Part shown: piece after piece, positions 13,615 through 26,622 of the stretch
Layout of the letters: each line of letters starts with the position of its first letter
Numbering within the stretch: position 1 is the stretch's first letter
DNA from: Sphaerodactylus townsendi
Taxonomy: Eukaryota
Length of the DNA: 64,000 nt
Assembly: GCF_021028975.2 (NCBI RefSeq)
Contig: NC_059426.1
Location: 67,270,001 to 67,334,000, forward strand
Direction of reading: 5' to 3'
Notes under the pieces: model-generated
Database searches by the model: none
Told to the model about the DNA's origin: nothing
Seen by the model: the letters and a program-made list of their open reading frames with translations, nothing else
Made by a program: the position numbers and the translations under genes

Positions 13615-15214
13615 CTAAATATCAGACAATTCCTGCCTGCACATAAATATATTATTTAGACCCACATCAGGCATTTATTCCTCCATCCATAAACTTTAAA
13701 TTTCCTTTAATTTGAATACAGCAATTAACTAGTTGCTCATCTAGCTCCCCAGGAGACTAGGTCATACACACTTCACATATCACCATGAATGGCATTTCTG
13801 TCCCTTCTACTGTATAGAACAAGTAGCTCTTCAAAGCCAGGGCACAGTATAATCACTTGTACTGCTTTTGTAGCTGTGAAACTTTGCAATGGACAGGTGT
13901 TATTTGTTCTGGGGGAGTGACCTGCAATTCCTACCTTTCTCCTCACTCCAGTATACATCATGTAGCAGGGTTTTCTTTTTACAAATAAAACTTGCCCTTA
14001 TTTTAGGAGCTGCACTCACAAGGCTTTGACACAAATGAAGAGAGCTGCAGAAGGCACATTTCATGTATTGATTGTACTGCAGGGAGTCTAAAAAGAGGGA
14101 TGGAGATTAAGTAGTGCAACAAGAAAGAAGAAATTGTGGACGGGTATTTGAGGTGAAAGGTGGCTATGGAGGAACCTCAGTATTCAATATTAGAACAGGC
14201 TGTGTGTTGTTAAGAGGAGGGAGAGGAAAATGCCAGAAAGACTAGAGTTGGGGGGCGGGGGGTAAAGAAAGTGGGTCAAAAGAAAGCAGTGGTCTGAAAG
14301 GGAGGGATGTAAGCAAACAAGTAACTCAAGAAAAGAGCAGCCAAACAGAGAGCAGCCAAACAGAGAGCAGAATTGGGGCAGAAGTATACATAGGGCCAGG
14401 AAGAACTGTGTGTTATTGGCAGGAATGCAGCTGGCAAACAAGGGGACAGAGGATCACTAAGTTCAGAGGCTAGTTTTCAAACTGCATTCTAGTTGGAGTT
14501 CCCTGGTTCTTCAAGAAGAATATATGCACGGTCAGATGAACCTATGTGAAGGGTGCTCTACCACCTTCCTTGACAATTCTTCCTCTGTCATGTGTAACTG
14601 GATGAGTATGGTTTGTTCATTTCATAAAAAGCAACAATGAGACACAAAAGACCTAGACAACTGCCCTACATGAAGAGGGTGTGCATCTTGGAATGTGCTC
14701 AATAATACAGCACACTGGCTTGCATGGCAATAGTTAGGTGTTGTTTAGACGAATACACATGAAAGAAACTCGTTAAATTATATAGCTTGAACATTAATAA
14801 TTTAGATTCTGGCAGGTAAATTTTCTAATGGTGGCCTCTATGTTCACGGGAGCATTGGGCCAGCTGTATTAAAAGACATAATGAGTACCAGTGAGCAGGC
14901 TGGGAAGCCTGACACTTACATAGTGACTTGAAGCAACCAACTGACTGTTTGATTGCAAGCTTCTAATACAGCCTCTACAGCACAACTTCCTTTAATAGGA
15001 GATGTGGAACAAAGAAATGGGTACATATGGAGGAGCAGCTCGGGATGTGGTCTTTGCCACACAGATAGACGTGGCAACGCTAGGTTATTGCTAGGTTCAG
15101 AATTAGCCATTCTCAACCTATTAGCTATTCCCAGGAGGAAACCAAAACCTCTTCCATTTCTATAAGCTTCCCAAATGTCCTCTCCTCCCCCTCCACACAC
15201 ACACACTATATCTA

Positions 15215-15508
<294 letters not shown>

Positions 15509-15879
15509 TCAACAAGGACAGATGAACTTCCTGGAAGAGCACTCTGCCTTCCAAGGCTACTCTTCCCCTGCCATGCATAAATGCAGGAGACTATTGGTTG
15601 AGCATGTTGCGTTAAATTCATGCAGGGCAACAGGAGACCCAACAACTGGAAGGCATGGATGGAAGGCATGGCTTGGTTCAACCACTTCAGAATCTTGAGT
15701 CTTCTCAATATCTGTGCCTTAAATTAAGGTTAAATTAAGGCAGTACAGCCTTGGTCAGTAGTTAGTTTTGACAGAAGGACACAAAGAGACGTTAATGGGA
15801 AGTTTGGGTTTCCCCCCTGGCTTGCCGTCAAATCCCACTTCTACACCTGCTGACAATCCTCAGGACTGCTCACTGGAGA

Positions 15880-16170
15880 ACTAGAAGAAGAGTTTGGATT
15901 TATACCCCACCTTTCTCTCCTTTAAAGAGACTCAAGGTGGCTTACAAACTCCTTTTCCCTCTCTCTCCCCACAACAGACACTTTGTGAGGTAGGTGGGGC
16001 TGAGAGTTCCGAAGATCTGTGACTAGCCCAAGGTCACCCAGCAGGAATGTAGGAGTGCAGAAACACACCTGGTTCACCAGATAAGCCTGTGCCACTCAGG
16101 GGGAGGAGTGGGGAATCAAACCAGGTTCTCCAGATTAGAATCCACCTGCTCTTAACCACTGCACCACAGC
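15880..16170 (-). mobile_element. tRNA-derived SINE (Squam3-like)
   Basis: GAAGAAGAGTTTGGATTTATACCCC tail and CTCTTAACCACT head on the reverse strand. Same family at 18634-18850, 42590-42880, 44925-45190 and 55580-55865. Confidence 0.75.
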
Positions 16171-17104
16171 ATTCCACATGGGTTTCCAGTTTGGCTTTGG
16201 AGGGTGCCAGTTGCCAATACTGAGTGTACTAAAATCCAAAACCCCTGACTTCCCCCAAGTCTAACTCACCCAGGGAAAGGGGAACAAAAACAAATCTCAG
16301 TGAGGAGACTGCAACTAGCGCTGTCCACTACAGATGAGCATCATTTTTTTTCATTGTATTTTTCAGGTTTGGTTTCAAAAGACACTGCAATTTTATAACA
16401 AGAAAACCTCCATAGTGCTTAATTTTTTTTTCAATGGAGGGAGGGTAGTTTAAAAATCAAACTAGAAACGTTCTGAGCCACAGAACTGAATGCTGGGCTG
16501 AACTCAGTATTCCGCTCTGCTGCCTCAGAAGTCTGAGCTGGCTTCAGAGGCAGCCTGGGAGAGCTTAAGGCAGGGATTGGTTCTGGCGTTCAGCTCTGCT
16601 CCCTCTCCACGTTTTTTTAATGGCAGTGGGGCCAAAGCAGCCCAAAAAATTGCCACCAATTTTTTTTTCTGAAAATGAATCTGAAAAAAAACCCTGAAAT
16701 GGCTTTTTCAGGTATATTTTAAGTTTTGGGTTTTTTTATATGCACCATGCAGTGGGCATAAAGCTCCAAATAGAAGGCTCAGACAGTACAACAGGGGTCT
16801 CCAGCATGGCGCCTGCAAGCACCATTATGTCTGCCAACAGCTTTCCAGGCACTAGCTAAGTATTTTTAGAATCTGGGTGGGGCCAGATGGGTTTTTGCCC
16901 AGCAGGGCTTCTGACTGGCTGTGCAGATTTTAGAAAGGCTGCTTTAGTAGCAGTTGCCACCACAGGACACAGATCTTCACTACATGACTGAAGATAAGCT
17001 GTGCATATACAAGAAAACATTTTAAACAATATGCTCATTTTAAAAGGTATCCTATTAAAATGAGTTTCTGCCTGAATTAACTATTAGAGTTATGTATAAC
17101 CTCA

Positions 17105-17503
<399 letters not shown>

Positions 17504-18633
17504 TTAAAGAAGAACCCAGAGTACAGGAGGACTCAAAGGTCATGAGTACTGACAGAACACATATATGGCAGTTCATAAACACACAGCAAAGGGAGGGGTT
17601 TTGTCAAAGCCATCAGTCCAGTGAAATATCCTAAGTATGTGCCAGGTCAGCAGCAGCCAACCTTTTGTTCCAGAAATCCAAAGTATTTCACAGTGGCACT
17701 CTGAGTAGAGCCTTCATATTAAAGCAGGATACGCAATCTGTTCCACCTCAAGTTAAGGTGACCAGATTTTTCAGATAGAGTAAAGTGCAGCAGCAGCCTG
17801 CAACACTCAGCGAAAGCGGCGCTCCCCAGTCAGGGAACAGGGAAGCTTCCAGAAAGGAGGGTGCCTTCTGGGGCGCCTCTGGTTTCCCTGATCACTGGGG
17901 AGCGCCGCCGCAAAAGGCAGTGTAATGCTGCTAATGGGCCATTGTCGATATCGGGTAATCCCAGGGACAATGGCATAAGCCTAGCCGATGGACGCTTGGG
18001 ACACTCTACATAAAGTGCCGTGGAAGTGTCCCGTGAAAATCGGGACAGCTGGTCACCGTAGCCTTTATGTATAGCCAAAACAAGATTTGGGAGGCAAAGG
18101 AGCCAAGAGAATCACATTATGTTCAGAAGCCTTGATCTCATCCAATTTTATTCACTTCACATTAAATGACCATTAAAAAAACAGTGTGGCAGTACCTAAA
18201 ATAAGAAGACAAGCAGTAGCATGATTGAGGGAGTTAACACAAACTGCTAGTTGGCGTTTTTCCACACTCACTGCAAAAGGCATGTTCAACAACATTTTCC
18301 TGCACAATCCCAGCAAGTATTGCCCTCTGCAGTTAGCAAAAAAAAATGGTATACATGCCTCTTCAAGGTTAGCCTCTCCCCCACTACACACATCCATGAA
18401 GCACACTTCACAGGCTCACACACACCTTGGCACATGAGCACCACCTCAGCTAGGGAAGCACATCAGTGCAAGAGATGAGCAATTAAGTCTCATTCTTCTC
18501 TACAGTTGCCAATCAATAGGTGGGAATTGGAGATCTCCCTGAATTACAAGTGGCCTCCAGGCTAGAGATCAGTTCACCTTGAGAAAACAGCTGCTTTGGA
18601 CTTTGGCATTATACCTCACTGTGGTCTCTAAGC

Positions 18634-18850
18634 AGTGGCATAGTGGTTAAGAGAAGGTGCACTCTAATCTGGAGAACCAGGTTTGATTCCCCGTTCTGCC
18701 ACTTGAGCTGTGGAGGATAATCTGGGGAACTAGATAAGCCTGTGCACTCCCAACACATGCCAGCTGGATAACCTTGGGCTAGTCATAGTTCTATGGAACT
18801 CTCAGCCCCACCCACCTCACAGGGTGTTTGTTGGGGGGGGGGGGAGGGAA
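18634..18850 (+). mobile_element. tRNA-derived SINE (Squam3-like), 5' part; tail resumes at about 20243-20322
   Basis: A box TGGCATAGTGG and B box GGTTTGATTCCCC. Confidence 0.75.
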
Positions 18851-18911
18851 AGAAGAAGAAGAAGAGTTGGATTTATAATCCCCCCTTTATCTCCTGTAAG
18901 GAGACTCTAAG

Positions 18912-19772
18912 TATATATATATAAACCTTTAATGGCATAATTAAAACAGCAGCAATATACCAGAAAAATGGCGACCTCAGTGTAATGATACAATCTCCAG
19001 TACAGTTATAACCGTCATTGCTTTGATGACAGGAGCACAAAAAAAGTTAGGCCGAGCCGCTTCCAATACACTTTGCACAGAACCACAATCCAACATCGTT
19101 ACCACAATTGATAGATTAATATTATCAATGGGGGGTTTTAACCACGGGTTTAGATATTTATTCCTGGCTAAACTGTGTAACGGGCAGTGTAATATCACGT
19201 GTTGGATTGATTCTTCGTAAGCTGAACGGCAGGGACAAAATCTTTCATTGAAAGGCACTTTCTGTATTCTGCCACCCTGAGTGGTAGCTGAAGGGAGAAT
19301 ATCCCACCTGACAAGGATCAGCGCTCGTCGCAACCTCGGTTCTAAGACCAGACGCAACTCCTTCGCCATGCTATAGGGTTTTAATGCTACACCCAAGCGC
19401 AAGGGGAGAGCAGCGTTTATTAGCCTGCTGCATCAGGGTGACTATACTTCCTGAGATCATACAATCTCTTTTTTGATAGATCAGCTTTTGAAGCTCATTG
19501 GCATTCATTATTAAAACCAATGCATCCAAGGATAGACCCATTTCATGGATTTTACACCTCAACAAAGGACCACCACTCGGTTTTGGCTATGAAAGAAAGA
19601 GAGCCTGGTAGGTAAAGCTTTTGTGACAGTTGTTAAGAAAAGCACAATCGTATCCAGAATTGGAAGGTCATGCACCATGCTCTTGTATGGAGTAGATGTT
19701 GGCTCCACCCTCCAAACAGTGACTGCAGCATATGGGACTGGAGTGAGGTAAGCCGAGTATACTATAGAGAAA
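18912..19772 (-). mobile_element. 5'-truncated non-LTR retrotransposon (3' end of ORF2)
   Basis: CCHC-like RFCPC...HVILHCPLH; ATTAAA plus (TA)n tail; TSD CTGTAAGGAGACTCNAAG at 18894-18911 and 19773-19790. Confidence 0.75.
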
Positions 19773-19810
19773 CTGTAAGGAGACTCAAAGGGGCTTACAA
19801 ACTCTTTTCC

Positions 19811-20001
19811 GTGTATTGTCAGTAAGGCTTTTCTACAGCCAGGAATATTTGGAGTGCTGTATTGTTTCCGAGTATGGCCGTGTTCTAGCAGCATTCTCTC
19901 CTGACGTTTCGCCTTCGGTGCCAGCCACAGATGCAGGCGAAACGTCAGGAGAGAATGCTGCTAGAACACGGCCATACAGCCCAGAAACCACACAGCACCC
20001 A
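19811..20001. mobile_element. Penelope-like element terminal remnant with inverted duplication
   Basis: 43-bp perfect inverted arms at 19872-19914 and 19935-19977; TSD AAACTCTTTTCC at 19799-19810 and 20002-20013. Confidence 0.65.
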
Positions 20002-23000
20002 AAACTCTTTTCCCTTTCTCCCTCACAACAAACACCCTGTGAGGTAGGTGGGGCTGAGAGAGATCAGAAGAACTGTGACTAGCCCAAGATCACCCAGCTG
20101 GCATGTGTTGGAGTGCACAGGCTAATCTGAATTCCCCAGATAAGCCTGCACAGCTCAAGAAGCAGAGCGAGGAATCAAACCTGGTTCCTCCAGACTAGAG
20201 TACACCTGCTCTTAACCACTACGCCATTGCTGCTCCTATTGCAGGAAATTGTAACCCCTTTTGAGACTTCTTACAGGAGAGGAACCGGGGGGGGGGGGTA
20301 CAAATGCAAACTTTTCTTCTTCAAACATCACCCCCAGATTCTCAGAAATTTTCAAACCCCAAGTAAGCATTCCTATTCTTCTGCCCTCCCCCAGGTGAGG
20401 ATACCAGAATTCATATGCTGGTTATATGGTCTCACTTCCCACTCACTGGTGGGGCAGTCAAGATAACAGCAAGAATACTGGACCAGAATACTTATAACAA
20501 ATTTGCCAACTGCATATCTATCAAGTCTAGATAACAGTGAAGTGGGGGTAATTAACTGAGCTCCTTACCATTTCCATGAGCAAATGTGGACCAAGAAATT
20601 TAGGCAGGACTGATGACTTGAACATATCCTCTCACTATGGGGTTGTGATTATATTGGGGCATCATGCCACTATGCTCCCTCTTTTTTCAGGATAAGGTAC
20701 AGTTAAACATTTTAATAAAAATAAGTCATAATGTAGCAACCAAACATTGAACTTATTAAGCCAAGTGGAAAAACCTCCAAAGTGCTCATTTTGCTTGCAA
20801 GATTGAGCCAATGGGTAGTCAGTGGGGTTATCAAAACTGGGTCAGAGGGAGGGCAAATAATTCTCTGTGTATACACAGTTTGTTTGGCAACCCAACCCAT
20901 ACCAGAAGTAAGCTTCTTGCTGTGGCAACACACAAATTAGAGTTGAATGGGCCTGGGCAAATAAAATTATTGTATTTTTATTCAGACTAGAGCCCTGTCC
21001 CTCTGCTCTCCTTTCCAGGATGAGTAAATTAGCCACATCCCTCAAGAGAGAAAGAACCAGGTGACTCCTCAAAATACAATATGCGGGTCTACTGTAGAGT
21101 CTATGACTCAAAAGTAAAGCTGCATGTCAGGACAGGTGGGGGAGGAAAGAAATTAAGGTTGGGTGAGGTTGCTGTAGCTTTGTCAAATGAGACCTAGTTC
21201 TCGTAGAGAAGGAAAGCCTCTGTTTGAGTTCTACCACTTTAAACTGCTTGCTTGACAGAATACTTGTCATGCAACATGATTCCTTCCATGCTGACTGCCA
21301 GGAGAAACCAGCGCTCCTAGAACCCTTCTATGCTGCCTTGAGTCTGAGGAGATAGCGAGTGAGAAATGTTTCAAATAAATAAAGAAGAATTACTTTTCTA
21401 TAGGCAGATAACTAGCATGTTGAAGACTAATCAGTTGTGTGAGCCCCATCTGCAGTCTGAAAAGGTACAATGCAGGCTTATCCTCTCAGGGAGAAACAGG
21501 TCTACAAATTCCTGAATAAACAGTCTTCCAAGCAAACCCAGTACAGATACCCTCTCATCAGGTTATTACTCCACTGTGGTGAGAAACATCTAGACTTGCA
21601 CAATGCTCAGTGTGCATTGCTATCAGCAGAAATGCAAGGGCCTGTTTCTCCAGGAAATTTTTGGCTACAATCAGAGGATTCTTTGGGAAGAAATACAAGC
21701 CAAGTCAAATTGAGGACACTTCAGTAGGATATCATCCAGCCACTGGCAAAGAGGATCATCTATACCTACCCACAGATTACCCCATTATCATCATCCCATC
21801 CCTATTAAAAAACAGATCAAAGTTGTTCCAACATTCTGGACCCAACCACAGCTCATTCAAGGCACACTTGCACTCCCAGGAGGGAATTGGTCAGATTTCA
21901 GGCACTTTGTGCTCAGTCTACAACTACAGGTCAGGCCAAGTGCTGCATTGCAGGGAGATAGTTTTAGAGGCAGTGTCATCCAATCTTCATGCAGCTAAGG
22001 CTTGGCCACTTTCAGATTTGCTCTATGGCAGAATTTTTTTTGCAGATATTTGAATTTTGGCAAAACTCAGTTTCAAAAGACTCCTAGAATAAAAACATGC
22101 AGAGGGATACTTTCAGTACTATCCTACACACACACTTTTTGTACATTTACTCAAGTAAATCCTACTTGGATTCAGGTTGACCAACTTAAGTATCCTTTTG
22201 CCTTTTTGCTGTACACTCAACATAGCTTCAAAAAGCAAACATTTGTGCCTTAAATATGCAGCCTCATTTCAGCTGCCTCTCTTCAGTCCCTCTTAAGTAT
22301 TTGCAAACTCCTTTTCTTCCCACAATATGGTGGTTTCTCTGCTACAACCCATCGTATTCATGAAACTTGTCAGCCACATTTTATATGTTATTTTTCTGAC
22401 ACTTTGAAGTCCAAATGGATAATCAGAAATTTTAACAATTTCATTGGGATACAAGTTCAAGTCTCTGCAAATAAAAGAAGAACTATCATAATACGGTCAC
22501 CAAGAGTAGGCAGTAAATCTGCAAGGCCCAGGCTTTAGTCTGTAGCAGATTTGTTTCATAGATGGCCTTGGCAAGCTACTGTTTCAGACTTAGCTCCCCA
22601 TATGGGAATATATTGGTTATCGCATTGGTTGCTGTAAGCCCTACTAAGGTTTGAAGTACCGAGCAGTGACGTTGGTATAGATTTTTTATGGGGTGGGTTC
22701 AGTGACTGAGGGCTTTCCGGCTGTTCCATTCCATGCATTGTTTCAAGCAAGCCGGACATGTAATGGGAGGGGTTTGAACCTGAGAACCACCACCCCTTAG
22801 CATTTTGAAGTGCTACGTAAATACCAAGTATTACTATTTGAAAAGGCCCTGCCCAGCCACTGTTAATTTCAGTTCTCCTCTCCTCCCAAGTGAAGGAAAA
22901 TTATGAATTTCTATTCTGTGCACAGAGGGCAATATGAAACTGAGCAATCCAACAAAATGAATTCTGCTGAGCTAAACTCCTCCCTTTGCCTACTGTTGCT

Positions 23001-24953
23001 TGACATGGGAGGAAAGAAGAGGGAGGAAAATTGGTCCCCCTTTCCCCTTGCTACAGAGGCTTAACAACAAGCACCAAATTTCCAAGACAACAGTTGTCAG
23101 AGGTCAAGTCAGCCCAGAAATTAGGCATTATTCCAGATATGTGGCAACTAATTTCATACTCAGTGATGGAAGAAAAGGGCACTGGACATGCTCAAAAGCA
23201 CGTTTGGCTGACCATTGTTATCCATACATACAGCAACAACAAACCATTCAATTCTTCATTTAAATCCCTATTTGGGAGCAGAGGGGAAGGGACTATTAGC
23301 CCCTCTGCCACCTCCATACCCCAGAGGCCTGGATAGACATGATTCAGGTTCTCACACGCTTTGTCAGCTTACCCAGACAAGCATATACTGCAAAAACAAC
23401 TCATATTAAGACTGTACTTCGGAATGCCCAGCGTAGGGCTGGGCGTGGGAGCACAGTTGCTACTAATGCTATGTTTCTAACAGGAACATGATAGAAGCAC
23501 TATTGAAGACACAGCAGAGCCCAGGAAAATGCGCCACAATTCTGAGCCAGGACCGCCCTTTCTCACAGCGTCTCCAGGGCCCCAGATAATTTTGCAAAAG
23601 ACGGCTACATCGGGGCTGAGGGGTTGTTGTTTTTTGGCACTTCCCTTTTGAAGTCCGAATTAAAAACTCAACGTCGCCTGAACGTGCATGTTAGAAGGTA
23701 AACCGGATCTCTTCCGCTTTCTGCACCTCCTTAACATCGCGCGCGCACACAAGGGACGCACAGCAGAACCAAAAGTTCTTTTCACAGCAACTGTGAAAAC
23801 GCCCCGACCCGCGGGGAACTGGCTCCCGGAGCTCGGAGAACGAGTCCAGTGACTGGGAAACGCTGGCAAGGACTTTGCCTGGGGTAGGTTTGGGGTGTTG
23901 GCGTCGGCGGGCGTCAGCTTCCTGCTCATTCACTGGCCCAGCTAAAAATAGGCCTCCCTCCCCCAAAGTGTAAAGATTCCCCCGAGGTGAGACGGGAGAT
24001 GGGATTACCTACTTTGGACTGGAGCCCGGCCGTCGGCCCTACTATTTCCAGCCCTGGGATTTGTTTGGAAGCGAGCGGGGCGGCGGGACACATCGAGACG
24101 CCCTGGGCCAGCTCTCTCTGCCTGCTGCGACCTGCCTATTAATAACCTGCAACCCCCATAGTAAATGGCCAGTGGTGGGTGACACTGAAGGCGGGTGGGG
24201 GTGGAGAGTGGGTGCTGCTGCACAACCACTCCGAGCGCTGCCAGTCGAGGCTTTCCGCCTTTCAGTCTCCTGGGGCTCCGAGAGCGCTCGAGGCACGAGC
24301 AAGTGCCGGGCCTGGCTGGCTTCTCCAGTTGTGCCCTTCGAGTTGCCAGCCTACGCCCCGAGCCAGCTGCCACTGCTCGTCGATCCAGCGTGGCTGTCGG
24401 GAGCCTGGGCGCGCGGAGCAGCAGGTCCGGGCAGGAGGCCAACTCCGGCGGGTAGAAAGGGCAGGCCTGCCCTGTTCTTCTTCTGCTGCTGCTCCCCCTC
24501 CTCCCCCCACCCCTTCCCACGTGCAGCACAGCCCTGCCTGCCATGGAGCTCACGTGCCCTGCAGTGCAGACTCCGACTTTGGAGCAGGGCAGAACACCTT
24601 CGCCAATTAGACTTCCTTCAGCAGACAGGCCCGCCTGTGCCCTCGCCATCTTGGCGAGAGGTGGGGTGCGGGGTGGGAGAAGGGCCCAAAGTGGGCACAC
24701 CTGCTCCCTCAAGGTCACACAGCCAGTAGCCCTCGGAACTCCGAGAAGTGCCCGGGGGAAGGAGAGGAGAAAGCTGCCCAGGAACAGTCAAGCTATGCGG
24801 GGCTGTTCGAAATACCTGCCCAAGGAACATGCCATGCCAGGCACTGCACGGACTCACAGGAGGGAAATCACCCTCTGCCCTCCCCCGGTGGGCAAATTTG
24901 CTGCTGCGGTGTCATTCCCCCCTCCCGGCCTCCCGGGTCCCTTTCCGCCTCAC

Positions 24954-24956
24954 CAT
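24954..24956 (-). CDS. TUBA4A: TUBA4A exon 1 (ATG only; 5'UTR extends to about 25030)
   Basis: AACC ATG|GTGAGG inside the CpG island, about 100 nt downstream of a TATA box. This is the typical alpha-tubulin ATG-only first exon. Confidence 0.88.
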
Positions 24957-25029
24957 GGTTGGGAGTCGCGGGGGCGGAATCTCACGCTGAGTCGGAGCGA
25001 CGAAGTCTCAGTGAGAAGCAGCTGCACTC

Positions 25030-25110
25030 GCTTCCAGCCGTCCTGCCGCATCTGTTTTATAAACGAGGGGCGGGGCGTCATGGCAGGGGGAGGGGCCTAA
25101 ACATTGGCCG
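25030..25110 (-). promoter_or_regulatory. TUBA4A core promoter
   Basis: TATAAAA at 25061-25055, GC box at 25067-25076, CCAAT at 25107-25103. Confidence 0.8.
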
Positions 25111-25936
25111 CGCACGATCCCTTAGTAGTTGTTTACGGGAGGCCTGAGATGGGGGGGAGAAGGGGCGGATTTCCCCTACAAAGCCACAAATTCCACGTTT
25201 CAGTGGGGAAGCCTGGTCTGTCTGCTGAAGTAGAAAAAACACGCCTAAAGGCTTAGGAGGCATGGGTTTGCCGAGGCGGGAGCCCTCTTCCTGAGCTGCT
25301 GCGTGCAGGTAGGGCAAACTTTTTTCACTGCCGGACCCAGCACTGCTTGGAAAGTGTCCAGAGCCACGGGAAGGCAGCAGGGCTTCTCCCTGTGCCATGT
25401 ATTAAGTTGAGAGAATGGTGGAAGGAGCGGCTTAACAGAAGCAGCAGCTTGCTAACAGGTCTTCCCACAATAATTAAAGGCACCGGAGCTAAGCCCCCCC
25501 CCCCCTCCCCGGGCAATCTGATCACCCTACTGTGAGAATCGTTTGCTTTTATAGCAGACAGATGTTTTAACAGCTGCACGTCCGGAAGAAATAAAAAGTT
25601 GAAGGGTTTTCAACCACATAGTGGTCCCACATCTAAAACGACTAAAAGGAATCTATTGCACTTTAATCCCATTATAAGCAGACAAGAGACGATCTACAGA
25701 GGTGAAAGTACAATCCTAAAGACTGTTTCCTGCCTGGACTAATCCCCACTGGGTACGCTTCAGTAGGCTTCTGTGTGGAACTGCTTGTTAGAATATTTGG
25801 CATCTCTTGTAAGTAATTGCAGGAGCAACATAGTTGCACCATTTGGTTACTGTATGTTAATACAAGATAGCTGGTAGTTAATGGGGGTGACCTTTAAGGT
25901 CTGCATATTATGGTGTAGCTTGTATGCTCCACATCT

Positions 25937-25986
25937 CCTTCCTTCCTTCCTTCCTTCCTTCCTTCCTTCCTTCCTTCCTTCCTTCC
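25937..25986 (+). repeat. (TTCC)n microsatellite inside the LTR
   Basis: About 12 units; not expanded in the paralogous LTR copy. Confidence 0.9.
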
Positions 25987-26083
25987 TCTATCTCTCTTCT
26001 TTTACCTTTTCCTCCTTGTTGTTATGCTGCATGATTGCATGCTGTTGTATTGCTGTATTTTCCCTTGTTTACTTTTGTGTAAG

Positions 26084-26622
26084 TGTAACCCCTATGTTCA
26101 GAATGGGTTGACCCAGAAAGGGGTGGAGACTCAAAGCAGCAGAAAGCTGCAAAAACTGGTGAAGTTGGAGGAAGCAAGGCTACCAGGCTGGGACCTTGAT
26201 GTAATTCTTTATAAGCTCTTAACACCTTGTTTAAGGTAACTGCAGAGTTGTTGGGAACTAGTGGGACGGGAGTTGTTTATTTTTGCTGTATTGTAAAAGT
26301 TAGAATTTATTGTTTCAGGGCTTGCTATGCATGTATTTGATGGGAGTTCTTTTGGGGACCTTCATCATCTTGAATCCCATTCACCAAGCCTCTGAAGTGT
26401 TCATAAGCCAACCACCAGCAAAGAAGAATTTGACTTGGCATTATCAGTAGACTGTAAATATAAGGACTTGAAATGCAACCTAAAAGGACTGTAAATTGTA
26501 AATGTTAAATGTTAACGTTAAAAGTGTCATTTGTTAAGAAAGTAAACCATATTTGTTTTAAATTTAGTTCTTTGCAACTCCTTCCAAGTTCTGCCCCACA
26601 GAACCCACAGATAGAGGTTACA
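26084..26622. mobile_element. Nested solo LTR (Gypsy/ERV1-type)
   Basis: TGTAACC...GGTTACA termini with 4-bp TSD TAAG; empty site GTGTAAGCTTG in the second LTR copy. Confidence 0.8.

Larger units (their letters stand above)
23700..25300. promoter_or_regulatory. CpG island over the TUBA4A promoter and intron 1
   Basis: High GC and CpG density; perfect MEF2 site CTAAAAATAG at 23942-23951. Confidence 0.75.

Noticed and set aside
24005-25147. Multiple long overlapping ORFs (up to 237 aa)
   Set aside because: Stop-poor CpG island with low-complexity Arg/Ala/Pro/Gly translations and no recognisable domain.
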